From positions 1 through 64,000 of the IMG/VR virus record IMGVR_UViG_3300021389_000005: a DNA stretch of 64,000 nt; one strand, 5' to 3'. Below, piece after piece: positions 41,248-50,884 of this stretch (position 1 is its first letter; each line of letters starts with the position of its first letter). Origin of the DNA: a virus. The notes below the pieces were generated by a model. The model ran no database searches and had not been told where the DNA came from. It saw only the letters and a program-made list of their open reading frames with translations. The position numbers and the translations under genes are program-made.

Positions 41248-42051
41248 ATGGAAGTAATTAAGAAAATATTTGGCAATAAGAACACCCTAACATTTGTACT
41301 GGGTGCTCTTTTTGTGTTGTTATTTTTAAGACAATGCAACCAAGTGGCCTCTTTGAAACAAGATGTTAAATATGCACAAGAAGATGCTAGTATTTCTTTA
41401 AATAATTTGTTAGCTGCCCAAGATTCTGTTACTGTTTTAAAAAATGATAACGGTGATCAATTGGCACAGATAAGATCTTATAAAGTTGATTTATCAATTA
41501 AAGATAATAAGCTTCTCAAGATGACTAATAAGTATAAAAAAGCACTAGACTTAAATGATGATTTATCAGATGTTAATTCCTTGATATCTGCTGAATTAGA
41601 AATTAAAGATAGTTTACTAGCAAACACAAGCGTAACTCAAATAGATTCAACTACTGCTGAAGTTAAATATGAATCATTTAAAGATTATGGTAACGGTAAC
41701 AGCAGATCTCTATTTGGAACTTCTACATTAAAATATGATTTCGGTCAATTTAGAGTTTTAGATAGTAAATTTGAATTAAAACAAACGCTGAGTTTATTTG
41801 CCGCTATAGAAAATGTAGATGGTGCGGATAAATTAAAATTAAGTACTAGTTATCCTGGTATAGAAATTAAAGACATTGAAAACATAAACTTAATCAACAC
41901 TCGTTTAAATAGAAAACTTGAAAAAAAATCAGGGTGGTCTATTGGAATTGGAGTTGGTTATGGAATAAACTTAAATAATAATCAAGTAATTAGTACTGGT
42001 CCTTCTATTGGTTTAGGAGTGTATTGGTCACCTAAATTTTTGAGATTCTAA
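41248..42051 (+). CDS. Spanin-like membrane protein
   Basis: N-terminal hydrophobic segment ending LRQC, coiled-coil middle, C-terminal WSIGIGVGYG...GLGVYW...F beta-hairpin. Confidence 0.5.
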   Translation: MEVIKKIFGNKNTLTFVLGALFVLLFLRQCNQVASLKQDVKYAQEDASISLNNLLAAQDSVTVLKNDNGDQLAQIRSYKVDLSIKDNKLLKMTNKYKKALDLNDDLSDVNSLISAELEIKDSLLANTSVTQIDSTTAEVKYESFKDYGNGNSRSLFGTSTLKYDFGQFRVLDSKFELKQTLSLFAAIENVDGADKLKLSTSYPGIEIKDIENINLINTRLNRKLEKKSGWSIGIGVGYGINLNNNQVISTGPSIGLGVYWSPKFLRF

Positions 42052-42056
42052 ACAAT

Positions 42057-44123
42057 ATGGCAAAATCATCAAGATATTTCAGGATAGACGAAGACGTTTT
42101 ATTAGAATTCATATATCACGATCAAAGTAATCCAGACGCTACTAAAATTGAAGTAGACGATAACGGCAGTGAAGTAAAATTCTTAGATACTGTAAGAAAT
42201 GTACCGACTGCCTCTAGGCATTTAATAAATGAATTAGGTAGTGATGTTGTAAACTTTGACGTTACAACAATTAGTGGATATTTATCTATAGAAAACTTTG
42301 CTGCAAGAACTTTACTTTTGCAAAATGGTAAAACTTATAAATTTGATTTATCTGCATTAGATAGTCCAGAATTATTTTCAGTTAGTGGAACTTTAGGAAT
42401 ATGGTCATATTCAGCCGTTACTAAAATTGGTAAATATATTCCTAATCAAAATGGAACAGTTGAATATAATTACCCAAACCTTATTGGTGGTAAAATAATA
42501 GTAGATACCAGGGCAAATCCTCTGTTTTCTACACCAGATGAAGTTACTGGTAATGATATTAATCAACCAATTGGAAGATATCATGGCATTAGAGTACCTA
42601 ATGATGAATCTAGATATGCATTATTAGGATATGATTCAACAGGATATTATGAAATGTTTAATTACATAAATAACAATGCAGGTTGGACAGGTGGTAATGA
42701 AGCTGATCTTATTAATTATCAAGTAGAAGCTACTCAAAATATTAATTATATTCAGTATGATTCTATAAGATTGCATTTAAAAAGTGGATATAGTTTTTCT
42801 GCGAGAGACTATGAAGGTTTCTTATTAGAAGTTACAGCAGATAGAACAACTGGAATTAAAAATTATTTAACACAGTTAGTGTACCTTAACACTAGTAATT
42901 ACGAATATGCTAATCCAAGACCTTTTATTTTAGGTGAAACTTTATGGAGTAAATTTATTGAAATTAAAATTCCTTCTATTATAGGTCAGAATTCAGAATT
43001 TAAAGATAGATTTTATGGAGATGGAACAATAGGATCAAGTGATCTAGATCCAGCCACAAACTATGGAATAAGTTTTAAACTAATAGATAAATTAGAGGTT
43101 GGTAATGGTTTTGATTATTTTTACACAAGTGAAGAAAATAAGTTTAGTGTTTCTAGAGAAGATGAATATCAAGATTTTACAGTTGTAATAGAAGATGCAA
43201 ACGACGGAGATTATTTTAAAATATATGGTGAAAAAGATAACTCTATAGGAGCATTCGAAGCATATGTACTAGACAGGATTCAAACAACATCAGATGATAT
43301 AATAGCAATATTCGACGTAGATGTATTTGAACAAATAGGTACTGCATATGTAAAAACAAACGAATTAACTTTTACACAATATGAAGATTTTAATGATCCT
43401 ATATTGTTTAGACCTATTATAAAGAATGCAAATGTTGCGGTTAACTTTTCTATTGAAGTAACTATGCGAATTTACAATCAAACAGATAATACACAAATAG
43501 TCAAAAGAGCTAGTATGATTTTAAATCAGGCTGGTAAATACGGTAAAAAACTTTCGGCACTAAAAATCAATAGTCCTAACATAATGACTGAGGTTTATAA
43601 TATATTACCTAATTTATCAGGTAATAAAGTAATTAAAAGTTTGATTATGGATAGTGTGCCTAGATCTGTTAAAGTTGTGCCTGCATTTATGGAAAGACAC
43701 AATATTATAGCAACATCTTCCAAAGTTAAATTAGAAGGTGAAGGTGAAAATCCAATGATTAAAGATGTTGAAGAAATTGAAACTTCGGCATTCATGACAG
43801 AAGGCAATATTAAAATTAGTATTCCTCCATTTGCATGTTATTTTAAATTTGTAATTTCTAAAAAAATAGGAGATGATATTCAATTTATTTCCTTTGAAAA
43901 TGCTGAAAGATTAGTACTATCGTTTGGAGATGGTACAAATAAATTAGTATTTAATCATATATCCAATAAAGACATAGATATGGGTGAAGGTGAAGTTTTA
44001 TTTAAAATAAATGAAGCTAACGCTAAGGCAATTAGAAATATGAGTAATAACAGATTTTATATTAGCGTAGATAATGGCATTGAACAAACATACGTAACCT
44101 CTGGAGAATTTATAAAAGCATAA
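42057..44123 (+). CDS. Hypothetical structural protein
   Basis: 688 aa within the late block. Confidence 0.55.
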   Translation: MAKSSRYFRIDEDVLLEFIYHDQSNPDATKIEVDDNGSEVKFLDTVRNVPTASRHLINELGSDVVNFDVTTISGYLSIENFAARTLLLQNGKTYKFDLSALDSPELFSVSGTLGIWSYSAVTKIGKYIPNQNGTVEYNYPNLIGGKIIVDTRANPLFSTPDEVTGNDINQPIGRYHGIRVPNDESRYALLGYDSTGYYEMFNYINNNAGWTGGNEADLINYQVEATQNINYIQYDSIRLHLKSGYSFSARDYEGFLLEVTADRTTGIKNYLTQLVYLNTSNYEYANPRPFILGETLWSKFIEIKIPSIIGQNSEFKDRFYGDGTIGSSDLDPATNYGISFKLIDKLEVGNGFDYFYTSEENKFSVSREDEYQDFTVVIEDANDGDYFKIYGEKDNSIGAFEAYVLDRIQTTSDDIIAIFDVDVFEQIGTAYVKTNELTFTQYEDFNDPILFRPIIKNANVAVNFSIEVTMRIYNQTDNTQIVKRASMILNQAGKYGKKLSALKINSPNIMTEVYNILPNLSGNKVIKSLIMDSVPRSVKVVPAFMERHNIIATSSKVKLEGEGENPMIKDVEEIETSAFMTEGNIKISIPPFACYFKFVISKKIGDDIQFISFENAERLVLSFGDGTNKLVFNHISNKDIDMGEGEVLFKINEANAKAIRNMSNNRFYISVDNGIEQTYVTSGEFIKA

Positions 44124-44124
44124 T

Positions 44125-44676
44125 ATGATTTTAAATAGTAGAAATAATACGTTTGACTTTAAGTTCCCTAGGAATTTTATACCAGCAGAAGTAGCTGAGA
44201 AATATAAAACATACCTGACAAAAGTACCTGGATCAATGTTAGCAGAACCTATAGATTTTGTTAACTATTCTATACAAGGTGTAAATATACCAGGTGTTTC
44301 TTTCGATCCTATATCGCAGGCAGATAACGATGGTTCTATAAGATATCAAAGAGGTGCAGTCCCTATTCAAAATACAATTGAGAGGCAATTTACAGTGACT
44401 ATGCAATTATTAGATGGTTTTATAAATTATTGGATAATGATGGACACTCTATTATATTATTATGCAAGATCAACTACAGAACCATATACAGAACCTTTAA
44501 CATTAAGAATTTTAGATTCTGAAGGTGCATCGGTTGCATATATGCAATTTGCTAAACCGATAATGAACTCTATTAATGAACTTAATTTAAATTTCTCAGA
44601 TAACATATCTGAATTTAGTACGTTTGAAATTAATTTTTATTACAATCAGCTTAAACTAAGAATAGAATTAGACTAA
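44125..44676 (+). CDS. Tail tube/tail completion protein (gp19/gp3 fold)
   Basis: IQGVNIPGVSF...FTVTM...NYW...LTLRILD...F.INFYY pattern; 183 aa. Confidence 0.55.
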   Translation: MILNSRNNTFDFKFPRNFIPAEVAEKYKTYLTKVPGSMLAEPIDFVNYSIQGVNIPGVSFDPISQADNDGSIRYQRGAVPIQNTIERQFTVTMQLLDGFINYWIMMDTLLYYYARSTTEPYTEPLTLRILDSEGASVAYMQFAKPIMNSINELNLNFSDNISEFSTFEINFYYNQLKLRIELD

Positions 44677-44686
44677 TATATACAAT

Positions 44687-45238
44687 ATGAAACATTTACT
44701 TACATTAGAAAGCTATTACTCTTATAAAGATTTTGAAAAAGGAAGATGGGGAACTCCATCTGAAATAGAAGAAGATTTACGTATGGGTATTATTAAATTA
44801 CTAACATATGGCGGAATTGCAGATAACTTAGATGACGTTATATATGTAGATCAATCAAGCGATAAAGGTATTAAGTGGGAAATTACTATTAAACACTCAG
44901 AAGGTAAAGATATCGTACACGCATATAAAAGAACTAATTGGAGAGGGCAATATGAATTCTATTTGAATAAGAAAAAGTCTTCTGAATATGAAATTCAACA
45001 AATGTTCTTACAAAAGTTTGTATCGCCACTAGATCAATATTTAGCTTCAATGAAGTCGTTTGATAAACACTATCAATATGCAGATGATAATAGATCCTAC
45101 AAAAGTGGGTCGGCACATGCCGAAAGATTAAGAGAAATGTATAAAATATTACAATCTTCGGACAAAAAGAAAGCATATAAAGAATTTAATAAAAAACATG
45201 GAACTGATTTACCGTTTAAAGACTTTTCAGGATCATAA
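44687..45238 (+). CDS. Hypothetical protein with capsid-targeting-like N-terminus
   Basis: MKHLLTLES start; AATATATA at 44675. Confidence 0.6.
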   Translation: MKHLLTLESYYSYKDFEKGRWGTPSEIEEDLRMGIIKLLTYGGIADNLDDVIYVDQSSDKGIKWEITIKHSEGKDIVHAYKRTNWRGQYEFYLNKKKSSEYEIQQMFLQKFVSPLDQYLASMKSFDKHYQYADDNRSYKSGSAHAERLREMYKILQSSDKKKAYKEFNKKHGTDLPFKDFSGS

Positions 45239-45258
45239 ATATCAAAGATATATACAAT

Positions 45259-45627
45259 ATGAAAACATTTAATAAATATTTAGTAGAGGAGAAGATCACA
45301 GAAAATGACATTGATGTTCTTAAAGAAAACCTACAGTCTGAGTGGACGCCTGAATTAGAATCTAAAATAGATGCAGCAATAGAGGAATTTTGTAAAACTT
45401 ACCAAAACGAAGATGGTACTTATGACTTAGACAAGTTAAATGAAGAAATAACTAACGAAGGTCTTTTAGGTTCTATTATAGGTGGTTTAACTGGATTTGC
45501 TCTAGGAAAATCAGTTGGTAAATTATTAGCTAGAGTACTAGGTATTCAAAAAGGTATATTATTTGATTTATTAACTTCAAGACTTGTAGGTGCTGCATTA
45601 GGTGCTAGTCTTGGTAAAAGATTCTAA
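45259..45627 (+). CDS. Capsid-targeted pro-protein with glycine-zipper amphipathic C-terminus
   Basis: MKTFNKYLVE start, acidic middle, ITNE/G site, then GLLGSIIGGLTGFALG...; GATATATA at 45247. Confidence 0.6.
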   Translation: MKTFNKYLVEEKITENDIDVLKENLQSEWTPELESKIDAAIEEFCKTYQNEDGTYDLDKLNEEITNEGLLGSIIGGLTGFALGKSVGKLLARVLGIQKGILFDLLTSRLVGAALGASLGKRF

Positions 45628-46281
45628 ATGAATTACGTTTCAGTAGATTTTTCTTTAAATTCTCCAGGTATTTGTATTTTCAATACAGAATCCAACACAC
45701 ATCATTATATAAGTTACGTTAAACCGGGTTTAGGTACTAAGAAAGAACAAAAGCTTCAAGAGGACATTAGTCTACTAAGCGATGTTACTTTAGTATATCA
45801 ACAAGACTGGAAAACCACATTTGGTGATTACTCTAAAAATGAGCTAGCTAAGGTTAGAAGATATATGGCCACTGCTGACCAAATTATTAATATTATTTTA
45901 GGAATTACTAAAACTAAGAATGATTATATTATAGCATTCGAAGGAACTTCTTATGGTTCTAAAATGGGAACTAATAATATAATTGACATGGCTGCGGGTG
46001 CCGCTATTCTTAAAGAACAAATGATTTCTCAACTTCACGTTAAAGACATATTGACTGTTGCTCCTACTACAATTAAGAAGTTTGCTGGCAAGGGTAACAT
46101 GAATAAGCTTCAGTTGTTTGAGGCATATCAGCAAAATGTGAACGATGACCCAATCTTAGCTCGAAGCCCCTTGCATTCCATGATCAAAGATCTTGAAATT
46201 GGGAAAAAGATCCCGAAGCCGTTAGACGACCTAGTCGATGCGTATTTCTTGGTTACATACGTTTCAAACCCCTCGACCTAA
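45628..46281 (+). CDS. ruvC: RuvC-like Holliday junction resolvase
   Basis: VSVDFSLNSPG, AFEG.SYG, PTTIKKFAGKGNMNK, DDLVDAYF motifs. Confidence 0.8.
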   Translation: MNYVSVDFSLNSPGICIFNTESNTHHYISYVKPGLGTKKEQKLQEDISLLSDVTLVYQQDWKTTFGDYSKNELAKVRRYMATADQIINIILGITKTKNDYIIAFEGTSYGSKMGTNNIIDMAAGAAILKEQMISQLHVKDILTVAPTTIKKFAGKGNMNKLQLFEAYQQNVNDDPILARSPLHSMIKDLEIGKKIPKPLDDLVDAYFLVTYVSNPST

Positions 46282-46309
46282 TCTTTCCTCCAGACTTAGA
46301 TAACATTTG

Positions 46310-46336
46310 TTATATGCTAGTTGTGAGAAACTGTTT
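46310..46336 (-). promoter_or_regulatory. Putative antisense promoter AAAC-N18-TATAA
   Basis: Reverse strand reads TGAAACAGTTTCTCACAACTAGCATATAAC and points into the ruvC 3' end. Confidence 0.4.
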
Positions 46337-46374
46337 CATATTTTAATTATTTATTTTTAATGAGTCTCTCCATG

Positions 46375-46400
46375 AAACAATTGGGAACTAAGATATATAA
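46375..46400 (+). promoter_or_regulatory. Composite promoter: AAAC-N17-TATAA overlapping GATATATA
   Basis: AAAC 46375-46378, GATATATA 46392-46399, TATAA 46396-46400. Confidence 0.6.
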
Positions 46401-46429
46401 TAAGTATAATAATTAAAGTATTAATTTAT

Positions 46430-46600
46430 ATGTTGATTACTATTGAATACCTTCGTCTAATTAAGATCCTCGAAAAAATGGTGATAGCGAACCAGCTTAC
46501 CGAAAAGGAAGCGTCAGAGTTACTTCACAAGTCAGGACTGATTAAGTTAGAGGAAAATAGATGGAAGGAACCTTCAGGAGCAATCTTAGCAATTAGTTGA
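46430..46600 (+). CDS. Small hypothetical protein (56 aa, below the ORF-track cutoff)
   Basis: MLITIEYLRLIKILEKMVIANQLTEKEASELLHKSGLIKLEENRWKEPSGAILAIS, directly after a promoter motif. Confidence 0.5.
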   Translation: MLITIEYLRLIKILEKMVIANQLTEKEASELLHKSGLIKLEENRWKEPSGAILAIS

Positions 46601-46625
46601 AACTATTTATTATTATACACTATAA
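46600..46625 (+). promoter_or_regulatory. Putative middle-class promoter AAAC-N17-TATAA for the replication genes
   Basis: AAAC 46600-46603, TATAA 46621-46625, upstream of gp32. Confidence 0.65.
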
Positions 46626-46686
46626 GGTAACGAAAGAACATTAAAGTAATTTCAAGTATTAAACAATTAAACAATTTAAAGGTATT

Positions 46687-47613
46687 ATGAGCGAATCATT
46701 TGACATTTTTAACTTGGGCGTAGAAGACGTAGAAACGCATCAGCCCGAAAGAACAACAGTAAACGAAGTTTACAAGCCAACAGCCGATGACGGCAAAGAC
46801 GGAACTTATAAAGCGCTAATCCGCTTCGTTCCAAATCCAGAGAATCCAAGAAATTCTCTAATTCAAAAATACGTACACTGGTTAACTAATTCTAGTGGTG
46901 ACGGTAAATTGGTAGATTCACCATCTTCAATAGGTGAAAAATGCCCAATCGCAGATGTATTCTGGAAACTGAGAAAATCAGATTCAGCAGTAGATCGCAA
47001 GTCATCAGAGAAATTAAAGAGACGTCAGCAGTATTATTCTTTAATTAAGATCGTAAAAGATCCACAAAACCCAGAATTAGAAGGTACTTATAAAGTATTT
47101 AAATTCGGTTACAAGATTAAAGAAAAAATCGATGCTGAATTGAAACCAGATTTCGGTGAACCAACACAGGTGTTTGACCTATTTGAAGGCAAAAACTTCG
47201 AATTGATCATTACTCGCCAAGGTGAATATAATAACTACGATAAATCTAAGTTCTCTGCTAGTACTTCTGCAATTTTAATGGGCGATGCTCCAGCAGAAAG
47301 AAATAAAGAAACGATGACTGCAATCAAAGCTGAGCTTGAAAATGCACCATCTCTTGTGAACTATGATTACAAAGCATGGGACGAAGATACTAGATCTTTT
47401 GTAAATGATGTACTAAGAATGTACTTAAATCCTGGAGATTCTATCTCTGCGATGACAAGTAGTTCAACATCTACACCAAAGAAAGCTACTACAAGTGCAA
47501 CAACAGTAGTTGAAGCAGCAGCTCCGGCTCCTGCAAAGACAGAATCAAAAGAAACTGCTGCAGTTAGTACAGATGATGATCTTGATTCTTTCTTGAATGA
47601 CCTCGACATCTAA
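46687..47613 (+). CDS. gp32: Single-stranded DNA-binding protein (T4 gp32-like)
   Basis: YKPTADDGKDG...ALIRFVP, GEKCPI, KVFKFG.KI, FDLFEG.NF, NYDKSKF, acidic tail DDDLDSFLNDL. Confidence 0.88.
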   Translation: MSESFDIFNLGVEDVETHQPERTTVNEVYKPTADDGKDGTYKALIRFVPNPENPRNSLIQKYVHWLTNSSGDGKLVDSPSSIGEKCPIADVFWKLRKSDSAVDRKSSEKLKRRQQYYSLIKIVKDPQNPELEGTYKVFKFGYKIKEKIDAELKPDFGEPTQVFDLFEGKNFELIITRQGEYNNYDKSKFSASTSAILMGDAPAERNKETMTAIKAELENAPSLVNYDYKAWDEDTRSFVNDVLRMYLNPGDSISAMTSSSTSTPKKATTSATTVVEAAAPAPAKTESKETAAVSTDDDLDSFLNDLDI

Positions 47614-48679
47614 TAATAACATAGAGTTAACACAAGAGCTAAAGGAAAGAATAGAGTATGCGCTTATACAAGTAACTACTCAACAACATTCTAATCCAAA
47701 TAAGCAATCACTAAAGAGCATGCATGGGCGAATAACCCTTGCATGCCCTTATTGTGGTGATTCCCATAAAGATGATACTGCAAAACGTGGTAATATATTC
47801 TGGGACACATTACAATATCATTGCTATAATTGTGGTCACCATACAAATCTACACTCATTCTTAAAGGATCATGGTATTAAGCTTAGTAAAAGCGGTGATT
47901 CATTTGCAGTAATAGATTACATACAACAAAATAAATTACAAGTAAGATCAGAAAATGTTCTTAAACCTACTTTATTTGAAGATATACAAAAACATGCAAT
48001 AGACATTGATTTGTTTAAATCAAAGTTTAAAGCTAAATCTATTGAACCTGGAGAATGGATATGGTTTCAACTTAAAGACAGATTATTACATAAAAAACTA
48101 GACGAGTTCCTATATTCTGCCAAAGAACATAGATTATGGATTCTAAATTTAAGTACAGATAATAAAATTATAGGTGCACAAACTAGAAGAATGAAAGGAT
48201 ACGGTCAAAGATACCTTTCATATGATTTACCTAAGCTTTATGAAGAAATGGGCCAACCATTACAAATTGAAGAAGCAGAGTCTAATCAACTGGCAAAGAT
48301 TTCTACATTATTTGGAATTATGAGAGTTTCTTTTCAAAGGCCAGTAACTTTATTTGAAGGACCACTTGATGCTAAATTTATGTCAAACTCTTTGGCATTA
48401 GCAACTGCTGGAAGATCTACTGAAGAATTTGATGAAATCGAAACAGTAAGATATATGTTCGATAACGACGATACTGGTAAAAAGAAAATGATAGAGAAGC
48501 TTAAGAAAGGAAGGCCAGTATTTATGTGGTCCAAATTTCTAAAGGACAGTAATTTAGATACATATAATATCAAAGATCTTAATGATTTGATGATTAAATG
48601 TTTTGAGTTAAAGTCAGATGCCTTTAAAAATATCAATAACTATTTTACATCAAGCCAATTAGATTTATGGTATATTTAG
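47597..48679 (+). CDS. gp61: DNA primase (gp61-like)
   Basis: CPYCGDS...HCYNCG zinc ribbon; TOPRIM FEGPLD and FDND; KDLND. Confidence 0.85.
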   Translation: MTSTSNNNIELTQELKERIEYALIQVTTQQHSNPNKQSLKSMHGRITLACPYCGDSHKDDTAKRGNIFWDTLQYHCYNCGHHTNLHSFLKDHGIKLSKSGDSFAVIDYIQQNKLQVRSENVLKPTLFEDIQKHAIDIDLFKSKFKAKSIEPGEWIWFQLKDRLLHKKLDEFLYSAKEHRLWILNLSTDNKIIGAQTRRMKGYGQRYLSYDLPKLYEEMGQPLQIEEAESNQLAKISTLFGIMRVSFQRPVTLFEGPLDAKFMSNSLALATAGRSTEEFDEIETVRYMFDNDDTGKKKMIEKLKKGRPVFMWSKFLKDSNLDTYNIKDLNDLMIKCFELKSDAFKNINNYFTSSQLDLWYI

Positions 48680-48894
48680 AAGAACTAACATTTATGGTTG
48701 AAGAAAACCTAGAAGATTTTTATAACGATAGAGACCGATTTAAAGGACACAAACTACTCATAGATTTTGAGGCAGTAGAAATTCCTGATGATCCGAACAC
48801 ACCTGATATTGAGTTTAGCAAACCTAAATTTAAGAAAAGGCAAACAACTTCTAAGCACATAAAACCAGATCCTAACAAAAAATCATTATTTTAA
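48667..48894 (+). CDS. Hypothetical protein
   Basis: 75 aa ORF between primase and UvsY; start uncertain. Confidence 0.55.
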   Translation: MVYLEELTFMVEENLEDFYNDRDRFKGHKLLIDFEAVEIPDDPNTPDIEFSKPKFKKRQTTSKHIKPDPNKKSLF

Positions 48895-49317
48895 ATGAGT
48901 AAAGAAAAGATATTAGCACTCGATGAAAAGTTGAGTTCACAAAGGGCTGGATGGTCAAAAAATATTAAAGACCTAGCAAGTTCTCTAAGAAATATAAATG
49001 CAATGGAAGAAACCATATCAGGAGTATTATCTTCTAGACAAACTATGGTAGAACAAATAGCATACCTAAATACCAAGGTTAAGGAACAAAAGAACAACAT
49101 AAATTCCAGGTGGAGAGAGGCGTATATCAGATACTTTGAATATGACTATAAGCTTGGTGAAAAACAAAAAGAACGTTTTATTGAAAACGATCTAGTACAA
49201 GAACATACAAAATTATCTCTTTTAGAAAATCAATTAGATTTTATGAAAGAATCGGTAAAAACCCTAGATAATATGGGATTTGCCATTAGAAACAGGTTAG
49301 CACTTAAAGACCTGTAA
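48895..49317 (+). CDS. uvsY: Recombination mediator UvsY-like
   Basis: Helical 140 aa ending LDFMKESVKTLDNMGFAIRN; directly upstream of UvsW. Confidence 0.65.
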   Translation: MSKEKILALDEKLSSQRAGWSKNIKDLASSLRNINAMEETISGVLSSRQTMVEQIAYLNTKVKEQKNNINSRWREAYIRYFEYDYKLGEKQKERFIENDLVQEHTKLSLLENQLDFMKESVKTLDNMGFAIRNRLALKDL

Positions 49318-49342
49318 CTAAAAATAAAAAGTCCCATTAAAT

Positions 49343-50851
49343 GTGGAACTTAGTTTAACAGAAAATAGACAGTTGCTTCGTATTGATGATGCAACTGAAA
49401 TGGAGCTTGAACAACTTAATATCTCACTTAACAAGAGAATTGAATCATGGAGATTTAATCCATTAGTTAAGAAAGGATTGTGGGACGGTTACATATCGTA
49501 TATAAAAGATGACAAGTGGATTCCATCTGGTCTATGGAGAGAAGTCATGTCTGTATGTAAAGAATACGGATATGAACTTAAATTAAATGGTATAACTGTC
49601 CTGTTTGACACTGAAATAAACCAGGAAGAGTTTACAGAGTGGGCCTTAAAGTTCTTTGAGAAATCAGAAATAACTCCCCGCGATTATCAAATAGAAGCAG
49701 CATTTAACATTCTTAAATTTAGAAAATGTTTATCAGAGCTTGCAACCTCTGCAGGTAAAACATTAATATCATTTCTAACAGTAGCATATCAATTAGAGAA
49801 AAAGAAATCAGAAAGAATTCTTTTTATTGTACCTAATGTTTCACTTGTCGTACAGGCTAGTGAAGATTTCTTAGATTATAATTATAGAAACGCAGTAGAT
49901 ATAAAGGTACAACAAATTTATTCAGGTCAAAAAATAAGACCTGGTAGAAATGTAGTAATTGGAACGTATCAATCTCTTGTTAAAAAGAATAAAGAATATT
50001 TTGAACAATTTGATGCAGTAATAATTGACGAGACACATAAAGCCAAATCTACTTCAATTAAGACTATATTACAAAAGTGTGTAAATGCTAAATATAGATA
50101 CGGTTTATCAGGTACGATTCCAAAAGAAGGTACAATAGATAGACTTACATTAATGGCATACACTGGTCCTTTGATCACTGAAGTTTCTGCAAATTTCCTA
50201 CAAAACGAAGGACACATTGCAAAATGTAAGGTTAAAGTTATTAAAATGGATTATGCTCCTCAATCTACAAAGGACGCGTTTAGAGAAATGTCACAAAACA
50301 GATATGAAAGTAAAGATGTATTCAAATTTGAGCAAAACTATGTTATTAATTCCGAAGGGCGTCTTAATTTCATTTCGAACATTATATCCAGAGTACGAGG
50401 TAACAGTCTTGTTCTTTTCCACAGGATCGAACATGGTAAAAAACTATATGCTAAACTTAGGCAAGAAAGTGATAAAACAATATACTATGTTGATGGCGGG
50501 ACTGAAACCTCAATCAGAGAAGAGTACAAAAAGAAAATGGAAGAAAACGCAGATGTAGTCATTGTCGCGTCATATGGTACTTTTTCAACAGGAATTTCTA
50601 TAAAAAGAATACACAACATATTTTTTACAGAGTCCTTTAAATCAGAGGTTGTAATTAGACAATCAATTGGTCGTGGACTAAGGCAACATAGCTCAAAGGA
50701 TAGCGTAAATATCATAGATTTTGTAGATGATTTATCATCACCAGACTGGGATAATTATCTAATGAGACATGCTAAAGCTAGACAAGCCATATACAAAGAA
50801 CAGAAGTTTGCATACGATATAAAAAATGTGTCGTTTGAAGGAGATATATAA
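49343..50851 (+). CDS. uvsW: UvsW-like SF2 DNA helicase
   Basis: GLWDG.I, PRDYQ, ATSAGKT, DETH, GLSGT, YGTFSTGISI, QSIGRGLR; GTG start. Confidence 0.92.
   Translation: MELSLTENRQLLRIDDATEMELEQLNISLNKRIESWRFNPLVKKGLWDGYISYIKDDKWIPSGLWREVMSVCKEYGYELKLNGITVLFDTEINQEEFTEWALKFFEKSEITPRDYQIEAAFNILKFRKCLSELATSAGKTLISFLTVAYQLEKKKSERILFIVPNVSLVVQASEDFLDYNYRNAVDIKVQQIYSGQKIRPGRNVVIGTYQSLVKKNKEYFEQFDAVIIDETHKAKSTSIKTILQKCVNAKYRYGLSGTIPKEGTIDRLTLMAYTGPLITEVSANFLQNEGHIAKCKVKVIKMDYAPQSTKDAFREMSQNRYESKDVFKFEQNYVINSEGRLNFISNIISRVRGNSLVLFHRIEHGKKLYAKLRQESDKTIYYVDGGTETSIREEYKKKMEENADVVIVASYGTFSTGISIKRIHNIFFTESFKSEVVIRQSIGRGLRQHSSKDSVNIIDFVDDLSSPDWDNYLMRHAKARQAIYKEQKFAYDIKNVSFEGDI
50843..50850 (+). promoter_or_regulatory. 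Putative late promoter GATATATA
   Basis: Opens the capsid-targeted protein array. Confidence 0.6.
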
Positions 50852-50884
50852 TAAAATAATCATAATGAAATAAATATAATCATA

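Noticed and set aside
46270-46300. Minus-strand GAGGAAAG resembling the RNase P RNA 5' signature
   Set aside because: It continues ATT rather than TCC, and no matching 3' P4 strand was seen
30574-50851. Inteins, introns or homing endonucleases in large or replication genes
   Set aside because: ORFs are uninterrupted and of expected size; no intein termini or LAGLIDADG/HNH/GIY-YIG motifs noticed
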